A DNA stretch of 64,000 nt from Hydrolagus colliei (taxonomy: Eukaryota), in contig CM068748.1 in NCBI GenBank assembly GCA_035084275.1, positions 3,596,001-3,660,000 on the forward strand. Direction: 5' to 3'. The notes beneath the pieces are model-generated. The model did no database searches and was not told the origin of the DNA. It worked only from the letters and a program-made list of their open reading frames with translations. Position 1 is the stretch's first letter. Every line of letters starts with the position of its first letter. Positions 12,139 to 23,665 of the stretch are shown here, one piece after another. Position numbers and translations under genes: made by a program.

Positions 12139-12710
12139 TACTGGGACTCCTCAATTAATATCATGTTCTTGAAAAGTGCGACTTTAATTGAAATGACGTA
12201 TAGTGAAACCTAAATTACCATAGGCCCCAATGATATAAATAGGGGTTACGTTCCTTCGGTACATTTCTGGTCCACATTGTCTTACACTAATATTAAATAA
12301 AGAGCACAAGCCACACTACTGGTATTGAAAATTAAAATATTTTTTTTATAAATATAATAAGGTAAAAATACAATTAAGAGAACACTTACTGGAGGAGATG
12401 GTTGATGTGGTAGTGGGCACAGGGTGCAGTGGAGAGGACGGAGTCATTCATTTGAAGGGATGGGATTACCAGAGAGGTCCCTCCCTCCCTGCATCGCGCC
12501 GCATCACAGCCGCCAAACAGCTGATCGCTGGCACGTGTTTGCACTTTCTTACATTCTTTCTAAAGTTGTCGAAGGAGGGGCCTCTGGTAATCCTGCCCCT
12601 TCATCTGAATGATTCCGCCGCCTCTCTGTCACCACCCGCTGACCGCGTCAACCATCTCCAGCAAGTGTTCTCTTAATTGTATTTATTATCTTATTTATAT
12701 ATTTACTAAA
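12139..12710. mobile_element. Tigger-like element with a long internal inverted repeat
   Basis: Left subterminus GTTCTTGAAAAGTGCGACTTTAATTGAAATGACG; arms ~12345-12490 and ~12570-12708 are reverse complements. Confidence 0.6.
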
Positions 12711-12900
12711 CAACTAACATAAAATGTAATCAGCTAATATCCCTTCAATTAATCCAATTTACTAATTATTTTTTCCAACAATTTATTAATTCATCAACAC
12801 CGTATAATGAAATCAATCTATATCAGGATGATGTTCCAGTATTTGATATAGTGCTTTTCATGTCTTCTAGACATCTGAAAGCACTTTACAGAATATACAG

Positions 12901-13215
12901 TGGAATCCTGTAGCTTGGTGGTTAGAGCATTCTCCTTACAAGCATGAGACCTGTGTTCAAATCCAGACAGGTCAGGGCAAAACCTTGGGCAGGTTTCATT
13001 GCTCCACACTCCTAATAATAATCCCTCCAAAAAAAACTACAATAATAAAATTGGTCATTTCAATCCACGACTGTTTGTGGGACACTGCTGTGCATAATTG
13101 GCTGCCGCGTTTCGCCCACAAATATACAGTCAATTCACTTTACAGTACTGTAAAGCGCTTTGAGAAGTCTAGAAGATGTGAAAAGCGCTATATCAAATTC
13201 AAAAATTATTATTAT
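12901..13215 (+). mobile_element. Full-length SINE (main family) inserted into an opposite-strand copy spanning ~12835-13302
   Basis: Head GGAATCCTGTAGCTTGGTGGTTAGAGC, B box GTTCAAATCC, body and ATTATTAT tail; the flanks rejoin as CAGAATATAC|TGTAAAG of a minus-strand copy. Confidence 0.88.
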
Positions 13216-14526
13216 ACTGTAAAGTTAATTGACTGTATATTTTGCCTGTGGAATACGGCAGTCAATTGCGCAAAGCAATGTCCCACAAACAGTCATGGAT
13301 TGCTTGTGGTGGCTCTGTCACTTTTCTCTCTCCCAAACGCCATATGATCTTTTTTGAGGCGGTCGAAGGCCAGTTGATTTATTCTCCCAGCAACTTTCAG
13401 AATGATTCTTTTCCTACAATAAATAACACAGAAGAAATAAAACCTAATTTTATATTGTGCTTTCAAGGCCATTCTATTGGAATCTTCCCTGAACTTTCAG
13501 GTTTCATTTTTAAAGCTACTACAGTTGTCACATCGGCTCTTCAATAGTATTAAAAATGGGTTTGTTATGACTGGCCGGTGGAGCGCGACACATGACTTCA
13601 GTTATGGGGTTGGAACATCCATTCTCGTGGCACACATTCATGCTCCAGTAACCTTTGTGTCATTACTTATGACGCAATTTGAAAAAAGACCTGAAGGTGA
13701 GGAGTTTGATCTTTTGTCCTATTTTCTTTTTGATCGAGCAGCTTGTGTCTATCCATCTTAGGGAGGGTGGTCCAACAGAGCGAGTAGGTAAGCAGAATTC
13801 TCCTGGGGTGAAACATGTTGCAAGGTGACATACATCTTTCTGAAGCTGTCTCAGTTTTCTGTGATTGACTATGATTCAGTGACCATGTCCGCAGTATTTT
13901 AGGGCACTGTTGATTGATCAGCCTGCTTGGAAACATGGACATGCCATAGCATTTTTCCCTCTCATCTCCTCATATCGCTGGAAGCCTGGAAGAGTGTTTT
14001 TTCCCCTCCACCCTCTAGCTAGAGTTTGCGTACTCTGGAACTGGCTAATTCTCTCCTGTGACATAAAACCTTTAGGATAACTACTGTAATACAAATGAGA
14101 TAGAGGAACAATATTATTTTGACCAATTAATGAACATCAATGTAAGATTCAACAGCAAATGTGTTCAAGCGTAGTTGTATGCATAATTACATAGAAATAC
14201 TGTGGTTGAAAGCACCAAAACTAGGCTCAACCTCCTGGAATACAGTCTTGACTTTTTTAATGAAGTACGTGAGAATTGTGTTCAAAATTTTATGATAGCT
14301 TTAATATATATATTTTTTTGCTTCTTGTTTTAGTCTATATTAGGAATGTAGAGGAAGGAGACGAAGATGGTAGCTGGCCTTCTGACTGATTCCAAACATT
14401 TAGCTGCTTTTTATGTGTCCACTTGATTTATATATTGTTTTAAAAATCACAGAATTGGGTAGTGTTGTTTGCAAAAACATAAGTAAAATATGCAAGTTTG
14501 TAAAATATATATTTTTTCTTTTTAAG

Positions 14527-14567
14527 GTTGGTTCAGGGGCTACACACTACGTCGTAAGGTGAAAAAG
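14527..14567 (+). CDS. DOCK1: DOCK1 exon 3 (SH3): (G)WFRGYTLRRKVKK
   Basis: tttttaag acceptor, 41 nt, donor gtgagt. Confidence 0.95.
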
Positions 14568-15721
14568 GTGAGTGTTTTAAAATCTGTTGATGAATTCTGT
14601 TGATGACTAACATAGAGTATGCTTTGCTATGAATTTGATGCCATGTGACCTACTTTTGAAGTGAACCAACAGGTGATCCAAATAAAATGGTAAAATGATC
14701 TTGCAAACTAAAATATTGCACGAACAGAAAAAGGTAAGAAGAATAAGAAGAAACATGCTTGTCCTATCGGTCTTTCCTTGCCGCTTAAGTATTGCTCAAA
14801 CCATTGTTGTTTCCTATACCAAGTACTTATCCTTATTTTAGAATGCTTCATCACTATTTCATATCACTGTGCCCAGATGAGAATTTATGGTTCCTTCAAA
14901 TTGTAACCTTATCTCTTTGTGCAGCACAAAAAACATCACCATATTTACCCAAGAGATTCCCTTTGTGGTTCTAAAACAAAAACCCAGTAACATATTGAAT
15001 ATTTAAGTTTATTCAAGATGAATTGCTGAAAAGTATTCTAGTACATTTTTTAGAATTAGTTTTGCAATATTTTGTGTATAATTATGCAGAAATTAAGCAA
15101 TAAGATATGTGGACAAATAATTGAAAACACACAAAATATGTTTAGTATTCATAAACTTTACTTTCTGAATTATTTAGTCGTGTCTACTTGAGACCCGCAC
15201 AACCTGGACCTAGCCTATATTTTGTAGAAATAGTTCCAGGGGAAATGTACATTTGAATATTCTGTGGCATGTTTTTTTTCTTTCAGTTTCATATACAATG
15301 CTAGTTTTAACTGGGATTTTTACGTGTTAAATTATCCTAGTTAAATCCTCCAATTAGGTTGCCAGCCACTGGTTCTGAGAAATCAAACAAAATTCTGATA
15401 TCATTCAATAATCACTACTATTCACAGTACTGGTGATGGTGCAATACAAGTACTGTATTTTGTATAGAGAGGTGTGAGATAATTTATATATTTTTAAAAA
15501 AAGTTAAAGTTGCTATAATTAAAAATAACCACATTAAGCTCTTGACAACAGTTATGACTATTTGAAACTTAATTAGTAATAGTTTCTGTAGGTAGAAATA
15601 AATTATTTTCACAGACAGGCTGGAAAACTAGTTATATCTATAAATATGTGCTGATCAGCTCAGTCAGTTAGGATGTGGGTATCCATATATATTTTATATT
15701 GTGCCCCTTAGAGGCATTCAG

Positions 15722-16450
15722 GCATACCTTGGGCAAGTTTCCTTACTGCACACACCTAATAATAATCCCTAATATTTTTTTAAAAAAATTGGTCATTTCA
15801 GTCCACGACTGTTTGTGGGACACTGCTGTATGCAATTGGCTGCAACAACAACAACTTCGATTTATATAGCATCCTCTACACCGGATGGCGTTTCATAGCG
15901 GATCCCGGGACCGAGCCAGGGGTAGGAGTAGAAAGGTGACCAAAGGCGTGGTCGAAGAGAAAGGTCTTCAGCTGGGACCTGAAGCTGAGAAAAGAAGGGG
16001 CGAGGCCAAGGTAGTGAGGAAGGGAATTCCAGAGCCTCGGGGCATAGTGGCTGAAGGCACGGCTGCCGAGGGTGGAGCGGAGGATTCAGGGGACATGGAG
16101 GAGGCCAGACCCAGTGGAGCGAAGGCAGCGGGTGCTGGTTTGAGGAGAGAGGAGGTCAGAGAGGTAGGGGGGTGCAGAGGAGTGGAGGGATTTGAAGACA
16201 AGGATGAGGATCTTGAAGTTGATCCTCTCTGAGATAGGGAACCAGTGAATTCTGGCAAGGACTGGGGTAATGGGGGAGCGAAGTTTGGTGCGGGTGAGTA
16301 TGCGGGCGGCAGAGTTTTGAATGAAGGCAAAAGGCTGCTGCCTTTCGCCCACATATAAACAGTCAATTCACTTTAAGGTATATTCTGTGAGGCACTTTGA
16401 GATATCTAGAAGATATGAAAAGGGCTATATCAAATGCAAGGATTCTTATT
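15722..16450 (+). mobile_element. SINE (main family) split by an L2 insertion
   Basis: Body runs to CAATTGGCTGC (15843) and resumes at GGCTGCTGCCTTTCGCCCAC (16333), ending in the tail GCAAGGATTCTTATT. Confidence 0.85.
15844..16332 (-). mobile_element. 5'-truncated L2 LINE (ORF2 C-terminus plus 3' UTR)
   Basis: ORF 16086..16352 reads IQNSAARILTR...ITPVLARIHWFPISERINFKILILVFKSLHSSAPPYLSDLL...LRS, typical of the L2 RT C-terminus; (TTG)n tail; GGCTGC duplicated at both ends. Confidence 0.92.
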
Positions 16451-17184
16451 TTCATCTTCACATATGTTAAGGGTTTTTTTTGACAGAAGAATTGGCTACA
16501 TTTCCACCAATCTTTTGGACTGAATTGAAGTGAAATCAGATGTGAAATTTAAGGAGATATAAGTGCAAATTGTGGTTCTTTTTTTTTAAATGGAGGATTA
16601 GGGAGTCCTAGTGTTACATACAGTGCACATGGGTTTTTAAATGTGAGAATTACAGTCAACAAAGCTGCTATTGCTTTTCGATGCAAAGAAAAGTCAACAA
16701 TAATGTGTAGTGTCAAAATGATAAGTAAATTTAAAGGCTGGTATAGGAAATGATGAACGCAGGTCATTTGAGACATTTACAATCCTACATTATAGTTCAT
16801 TAGTGTGCACATCTTAGCTAATAGGGCTTCCTAAATGTCTCTTCAAGTGTGTCTTCAAGCAACCATCAAGAGTTACTGAAATATCTGTCTTTGTAAATTG
16901 CTGTCTTTTTGGAGAAAGTACGTTTTCGTTCAAAGTATTAGCCGAGTGCCATAATGAAATTGTCTCACTGCAGCTTTGAAGCATTTACTCTGACGTTTGA
17001 TTAATTTGATGTCTTGGTTTGTTAATGATCACATTCATGTATATGGATGGAGACAACTGCAATTTGTTTTCAAAGGCTAGATATTATGCATTCTCCAAGC
17101 ACAGATCCCAACAATTTTTTGAAGTATCATTTAAATTAAGAGGTGATAAAACGTCTCTTCTGATTAAGATATTTTTGTTCTTAG

Positions 17185-17240
17185 GGTATTTTTCCTGCTT
17201 CATATATTCACCTGAAGGAAGCAACTGTCGAAGGCAAAGG
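17185..17240 (+). CDS. DOCK1: DOCK1 exon 4: GIFPASYIHLKEATVEGK(G)
   Basis: ttcttag acceptor, 56 nt, donor gtgagt; SH3 GIFP.SY motif. Confidence 0.96.
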
Positions 17241-20200
17241 GTGAGTTATACAATCCAAACACGTAACAATGTTTTGTGTGGTTAGAATTGACTTTCGCTA
17301 TAAAACATTGAAATCCTGTCAGTTGTTATTATGTCATTTGTGGGAGCACACACCCCTAGCTGCAATAATGATATCATATCTTTTTGAGGTTTGAAAGTCG
17401 AACTACAAAGGATATGTTTTGTAGAAATGCAAATTAAGTGATACTGACCACATAAAGGTGAATATTGTATACATAAAGTATAGATGAGTTGCCAAGTTGT
17501 TTATGATTTTAACTGTACCTATTAGAACCTAAGCGCAGTAAGTTAGCGTATTTTCCTATAATTTTGCACCAGAGCTGAAGGGATGAAGTTCTCCTATGTT
17601 GATGAAATGAGTTTGGACAGTTTCAATACTGTTCAGTGTGTGGCTTATAGTGCAGAACTTCTTAGAATTTTAGCACCAAATTGACTGCTGAGTTCACAAA
17701 GGGCACAATGGATGATGTGAGAAATGAAAAATGTCAAACTGTTTGCAGCGACCAAAGTCACTTTGTTTTGCGGGCAAAGAATAAGGATTGTGTGCTGCTT
17801 CAAACCTACACTGTACAATGCTCAAAACTTTGTGGCATTATCCTTCACTATAAACTGGATAGGTATATTCCCAGAAGCAGCCTTATTTTAAAAAAAAGAC
17901 TCTTAGGGTAAAATTTAAGGAGTAGTACTGTAAAACAATGTTTGTGGACATTGGTTCATCAGAGACTAAAAGCAGCATTCTAGTGGGAGAGTCTTGGGAT
18001 TTGTGGAGCAGCTGCTGTATTTTTTTCATGTAATTGCCTATATTAGACATTGCTAATTACATCCACACATTGATCTTTTTCAACGTAGATCTCAACTGAT
18101 TTAATCATCTAAAATGTGTGTTTGCTGTAATTGTGGAAGAAATCTTAGACTTCTCCCATTAATAACGGATTGTTTTGAACAAACATTTTTTTCTTTCTCC
18201 CTGCCCCTCCCCACCCCCTCACACCTTAATTCTTAACTTTTCAAGATTTGAGTACAGTAGCCATTTCATGAGAGCCTTCAAGCACTTGTCTTAATTTCTG
18301 ATTACACAAAACACATTTGAGTCTAGAGTCATCTTTCTCCCATTTCCACACATTTATGAATTTTATTGGAACTGAGAGCATTTCACTCTCGGCCTTCTCA
18401 AGCTCCAAACACATCTTCGTATGCACTTTTGTTTCCTTTATCTTTACAAAAATTGTGAATTTCCTATTTTCATTCTTTCTCGGGGTGTAGAGATTGAGAA
18501 TCATTGGCTCCTACTTAAATTTAAATGTTCTATATATAATCCATCTTCCATCAGCCTCAGAATTTTTACAAACATAAACACTTAGCTACTGATTCTTGAA
18601 TTATTTTCGCATCAACCTTTCCCCAGCATAGTTTCTAAATTGTAAATTAGTTCCTATGGACAAAATATACTTTTGATGGAGCACAGCTATCCAATGTTCA
18701 TTTTGATTGCAATCTTATACTGTGATACGTTGTGAAATAAAAGGAATGAACAGCACAACGCTAAACAATAGGAGCAGTCTGACTTGTTTCTTATCTCGCA
18801 CCATTTCATTGTACGTTCCGTTGTAATTTGTTGAAAGGTATTGACAAAATTACATACACACACACAAAAATTCAAGGCTTTGGTTCAAGAATAGTGCTAT
18901 TTATTGGTAGAAATATAATGGAATGTTTCATGCTTTGCAATGTGTATATGAACACAAATTAAGTATTGTACCACCTTCAGTATTTTTAAACCGGTATATC
19001 TATTTAGCTCTGTCTTACTCACAGTGTTGAAATGATTGACCTCAGTTCCCTGAAGAGGCTGTTGACTTTCTATGCAATTGCACAAAATGTGCTCTGCAAT
19101 TATGTATAAATAACTATGTGAACTTGAGATAATCATAAAGCACAGCTTCATATGGCGCGAGGCATAAATTGCTTAACTGTTGATATAGGATTCCTTTGCG
19201 ATTTGGTGCTGATGGCTCTTTGCCTTCACCCATTGAATGCCAGTAAAGTTCTTCTGGAAGAAATTATGTAGGCAGGCAATAAATAACATACTGCTCACCT
19301 AATTACCTGGTTCTAAACTGGGGAAAAATAACATGTTAACTGTAATATCTTTACAGAATGGTATCAAACAGAAATAATCCTTAGTCCATTTTGGGTGCCT
19401 CAGGAAAAGTGTAGTAGAAATTGCATCACCTGATGCACTTGTTTCTGTGGTGACCTGTAATTTTTTTTATTCACAGAAAGGAAGGCCATGACAACGGTTG
19501 CATGTATGCTCAATTTTATTTTCATTGAAATAGTAATGTTTACGTGAATGATTCTTAGCATTAACATTGTGCAATACCGATATTCGGTTCAAAATCATTT
19601 GTCAATTGGCAATGATTGCTTGCGTATTTGTAAGTGAAATGCATGTGCTTTGAGATTGTGGGCCCGAATTACGTTTTCTACGATTGCAGAAGAATCTTAA
19701 AACTTCTTTCATAATCATATACGCGTTCAAGTTTTTTTTTAATGAGGGATTTCTTTTTCTAACTTCATGCCCTGAAATTTAGGTGGCTAAATTGTCTTTG
19801 TGTATTGGTGTATATGTTCCTGACAGTAGTGAGGTCTTGGATCTAGATAAATATCAATCAGTGGACTGTTAGATTTAGGAAGATCATATGGGGGTGGGGG
19901 GGAATTGTTAGTTCAGAATTCAAGTTGTTAGAAGTATGTTCAAGGTAATACCATCCCTTTTGTAAATGAATTAGTTTATTGTTTAGCAATGTAGTGTCAG
20001 TTATTTTATAACTTGGAGGCAATAATGTTTTGTGAAAAGTCAGTGCAAATATATTTTTCCAGATTTGTTTTAGAACAATTGGGAGCTATTGGAAATCTAT
20101 TTTCAGTTATGAATTTTTGAAATAAATGCCTGCTGTCGTGAGGCATATTTAGTCTTCATTATGGAAGAATTACACTTTTATTTTGTGTAGCTCTTTTAAT

Positions 20201-21292
20201 TTGCTATCTCAAATTACTCTCACTGTCACCACTTTCTGTTTCAACCTAGTCCATTTTCATATTGCAAATTGAAGGACTTGATCCAATCTTTCTTCCTAAA
20301 CTACAATCTATAAATTTACATACAGGTTTAATACTCACTGGTAGTTCCGTTTCACCAGTCATAAAGCAACAACATGATATTGCACCCACGATACACAACA
20401 TATAATCAATTTGATTGGTCAGATGTGCCATCAATACTATAAATGTGTTCAGCAGTCTCCAAGGAGATGAGTGACCGATGGCGGACTTTATTTGCAGTGC
20501 CACGTCATGTGGAGAGGGAAACTTTGAAATTGTTGATTTCTAAAAATTCGAGTATCTTTTAAATATGAAAAAATAAAATGGCAGCTGCATATTTTGTTAT
20601 ACTAGAATGCAACCATATGTGTGGCTTTGGATTTGGTCAACTCTCTCTGTGGCCAATTTTGTTTATGCAAATTCCTGTTTGCTATGAGGTTACAGCCTCA
20701 GTATTGCTGTTGTCTGACTATTAATGATGCTGATCATATTACCAAAGGCATCTATTAAACTGCACTCATTGAATGAGTACTTCAAGTCATGAATAGCAAA
20801 GGACAAGCACAAAGTTTCAAACAGACTGTCATAAACCAGCGGCACCAATCTAAATGTAGATGATGTCAAAACAAATTTTGTCCAAGTGTAAATGCAATAA
20901 ATTCTGGATAACTCAACCCTGGTTTAACGTGTCACTGTCACTTAATCCTGTCAATATCCTGGTTGCTTTCCATGAAAAATATTAGTGAGTGACTTTATTG
21001 TACCTGACACATTTCACTTAACACGTAACTTGATGCACTCTAGGAATTCGTCTAAAAAGATGGTGTTTTGCATCGCATAAGCCTCTTGTCCTATCCTACG
21101 ACTGTTGCAGGCGCTCGCTCAACAGTGGTTGGGATCGCATGCTCAGGTGCATCGCAGAGGTACCTGATCTATTATTGGAGGACTGCTCTGATACCTACAT
21201 CGCCTCTACCGGGCGATAGACCGAGGGCTTTGTGATGCATCTGAGCATACACACCCAATCTCTTTTGAGTGACTCCACCATTCACAGCATTA

Positions 21293-21310
21293 TAGCACCC
21301 CCTTGTGGCC
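21293..21310 (-). promoter_or_regulatory. Candidate CTCF binding site
   Basis: Minus strand reads GGCCACAAGGGGGTGCTA against the core consensus GGCCAC(C)AGGGGGCGCTA; motif match only. Confidence 0.55.
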
Positions 21311-21375
21311 CGGGAAGACTTGTGCCTAACTCGCCACTCAGGATAAATTATATCTAAGCCCATTTCCCTTTAAAG

Positions 21376-21664
21376 CAGTGGTTCCCAACTTCGGGTCCCA
21401 AATCAGAGTGGCGTAGGTCTTCAGTAGGGTCACGAAGAAAAAAAAAAGGTGGCTTTTTTTTTTAATGCTGAAAAGTGCCCGAGGCGACACCACCGACCAA
21501 TTTGCATGAAAGACCATACTAGTGAGTTGCGCTGAGTCCACAAAAGAGAAGAAGATAACGCCTTGACTGAGCTTCGCTTCAGTCCTGCAGTCTCCCCCTA
21601 AGGGTCGGGAGGACCTGTTGGTGGCCAATTTAGAGTCACAGCAAAAAAAGGTTGGGAGCCACTG
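21376..21664. mobile_element. hAT-Charlie-type MITE, 289 bp
   Basis: TIRs CAGTGGTTCCCAAC / GTTGGGAGCCACTG (1 mismatch); 8-bp TSD CTTTAAAG / CTTCAAAG. Confidence 0.9.
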
Positions 21665-22204
21665 CTTCAAAGTGATGAGTTATCTGGTGTTTCCTATGTA
21701 GATTGTGCCAGTTTTGTTTTAAAAAGAGACAATTTTCCACCCCTGAACTACTATACTACAAATCATTAAAAAAAAATCAGTTGGTTTATGTTTAACAATG
21801 AAGGCAACCAAAACTAATTGAAACATTGTAGGAAAGGCTTTTTATGGTTTCAAAGTTTTTTATTCCATCTATAGTTGTTTGTTCTATCAATGTATCCATC
21901 AACAGCTAATATAGTGAGATTTCCCATACTCATTCAGTGTTCTGTATTCTAAAGTTTCCTGTCAGTTTTTCATAGTAATACTTTATTGCCTGTGAATCAC
22001 TTTTTTCCCCCATTACATTATCTGTAATGGATGCACACACTTAGTATACTGTGATGAATGATCCGTGACTTGAATTTATCAGTCACAGCATCAACAGTTC
22101 AGGCTGCACTTGTATTGCAGAAATGTATTTGAAAGGCTTAAGTCCTGGTACTGGGGCAGATTCTCCAATAGCTGGATCAGCTAAAGAATTGTGCATCTCC
22201 AAGC

Positions 22205-22270
22205 TCAGACACATGAAAACAGGAGTAGGCTTATTCATACCCTCAAGTCTGTTCCGCCATTCCATAAATG
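22205..22270 (-). mobile_element. CR1-type LINE 3' tail
   Basis: CAGGAGTAGGCTTATTC..CCCTCAAGTCTGTTCCGCCATTC; reverse-complement relative at 26966-27045. Confidence 0.6.
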
Positions 22271-22370
22271 TCTGTAAAATGTTGTGATTTGCAACAGTTT
22301 TCCTGACTAATGTGCATTTCTGTGATTTAGTCAGATTTATACAGCCAGTAATCAAGAATTACAGTTTTTT

Positions 22371-22374
22371 CTCC

Positions 22375-22405
<31 letters not shown>

Positions 22406-22410
22406 TACAC
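22371..22410. repeat. Poly-C run plus (CA)n microsatellite
   Basis: Direct reading. Confidence 0.9.
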
Positions 22411-22912
22411 AATATTGTGACCTGCAAATGTGGATAGTGGACTTTTGGTGTCAACTGAGATCAAAAGCATGACATTTGCAACTGGATTCACAAATATGGA
22501 AGCCAACTGGTGATGGGAAAGCTGCTTTGATGCAATGCACTCCAGCATGATATATTTCTGGTTACTGGCAGGGTTCAATATTTGCACATCCAGTTGTGAA
22601 GAATGAGTGTTTGTGCCCACTGTTTTATTGCAGTTGGGATGTGGAGTCCATAGCCTCTAGCGGTAGTATTTATCTGATTTTAGTCCATGGTGCTGCTGTG
22701 AAAATTCAAGGTTACCATATGGCAATGCTATTAAGTATGTCCGTCGTGGTTTGGAATCCGACTAGGGATATTTGGAAGCGTCGCTTTAAATTTATCCAAA
22801 TTTCTTAACATTTTAACTCATTTTAACATTCTTGAAGATGAATGAAGAAGTTAGGAGTTCAAAACAAAAGGGAAGTATGAATATAAATGTACTGATTTTT
22901 ATTTTCTTCAAG

Positions 22913-23009
22913 GCAACATGAAACGGTTATCCCAAATGAGCTTCCACTGGTTCAGGAAGTCACAACAACCCTACGGGAATGGTCTGCCATATGGCGGCAA
23001 TTGTATGTG
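22913..23009 (+). CDS. DOCK1: DOCK1 exon 5: [32 protein letters not shown]
   Basis: ttttcttcaag acceptor, 97 nt, donor gtaagt. Confidence 0.96.
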
Positions 23010-23269
23010 GTAAGTAAAACAAACTATCTTATGATGAGTCTTATTTCTATGCTGATTCTATGCTGATTTAGCGATACTCCAATGCAATATATTGTTGCTG
23101 ATAATTACATTTGCTACAGCCCTTATAACTTTGAAACATCTCAACATATTTCTGTTTTACTGTAAAGTGTATTGATTATACATGTACACAAGTTGACAAT
23201 TTGCATACAGAAATGTCTCACTAATAGGGTTATATACACATAACAAATGTATCCTGTGGAATTGTCCCT

Positions 23270-23665
23270 CAGGACATCAGAGAAAACTACCTTCCCATTT
23301 TGTGTTGCAAGATCTTTAATGTATGCCCAAACAGGCAGGGGTGTGACTTTGGGTTAAGGTCTCATCTGAAAGTGCAGCAACTCTGACAAAGCAACGCTCC
23401 TTCAACTATTGTGTTGGAGTTATCCATCTGGTCCGAGACGCCGTCCAGCGTGGAGGGCACTATATAAATTGAAGTTGTTGTAGTTGTTGTTGAATTCAAA
23501 GCCCCGACATATGGGCTTGGAACACATAATCTTGTATTTTCTGAAATGTTTTGGTCTTCTTTATTTTTCTTTGCAAAACCCTCAAATGTAAGAGAGGTAA
23601 CACCTTCCACAGTACATCTAGATGATGTGAAAAGCACTATATAAAAATGAAAGGATTATTATTAT
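23270..23665. mobile_element. Deu-type SINE (-) interrupted by an L2 tail (+, ~23432-23491), followed by a SINE tail (+, ~23610-23665)
   Basis: TCATCTGAAAG...GTTGGAGT, then GAGACGCCGTCCAGCGTGGAGGGCACTATATAAATTGAAG(TTG)n, then TTCAAAGCCCCGAC..GGGCTTGGAAC. Confidence 0.65.

Noticed and set aside
15885-16366. ORFs of 115 and 132 aa as independent genes
   Set aside because: Alternative and antisense frames of the GC-rich L2 fragment.
22648-22670. Additional CTCF-like motifs (also ~33724 and ~62494)
   Set aside because: Only partial core matches, much weaker than 21293-21310.
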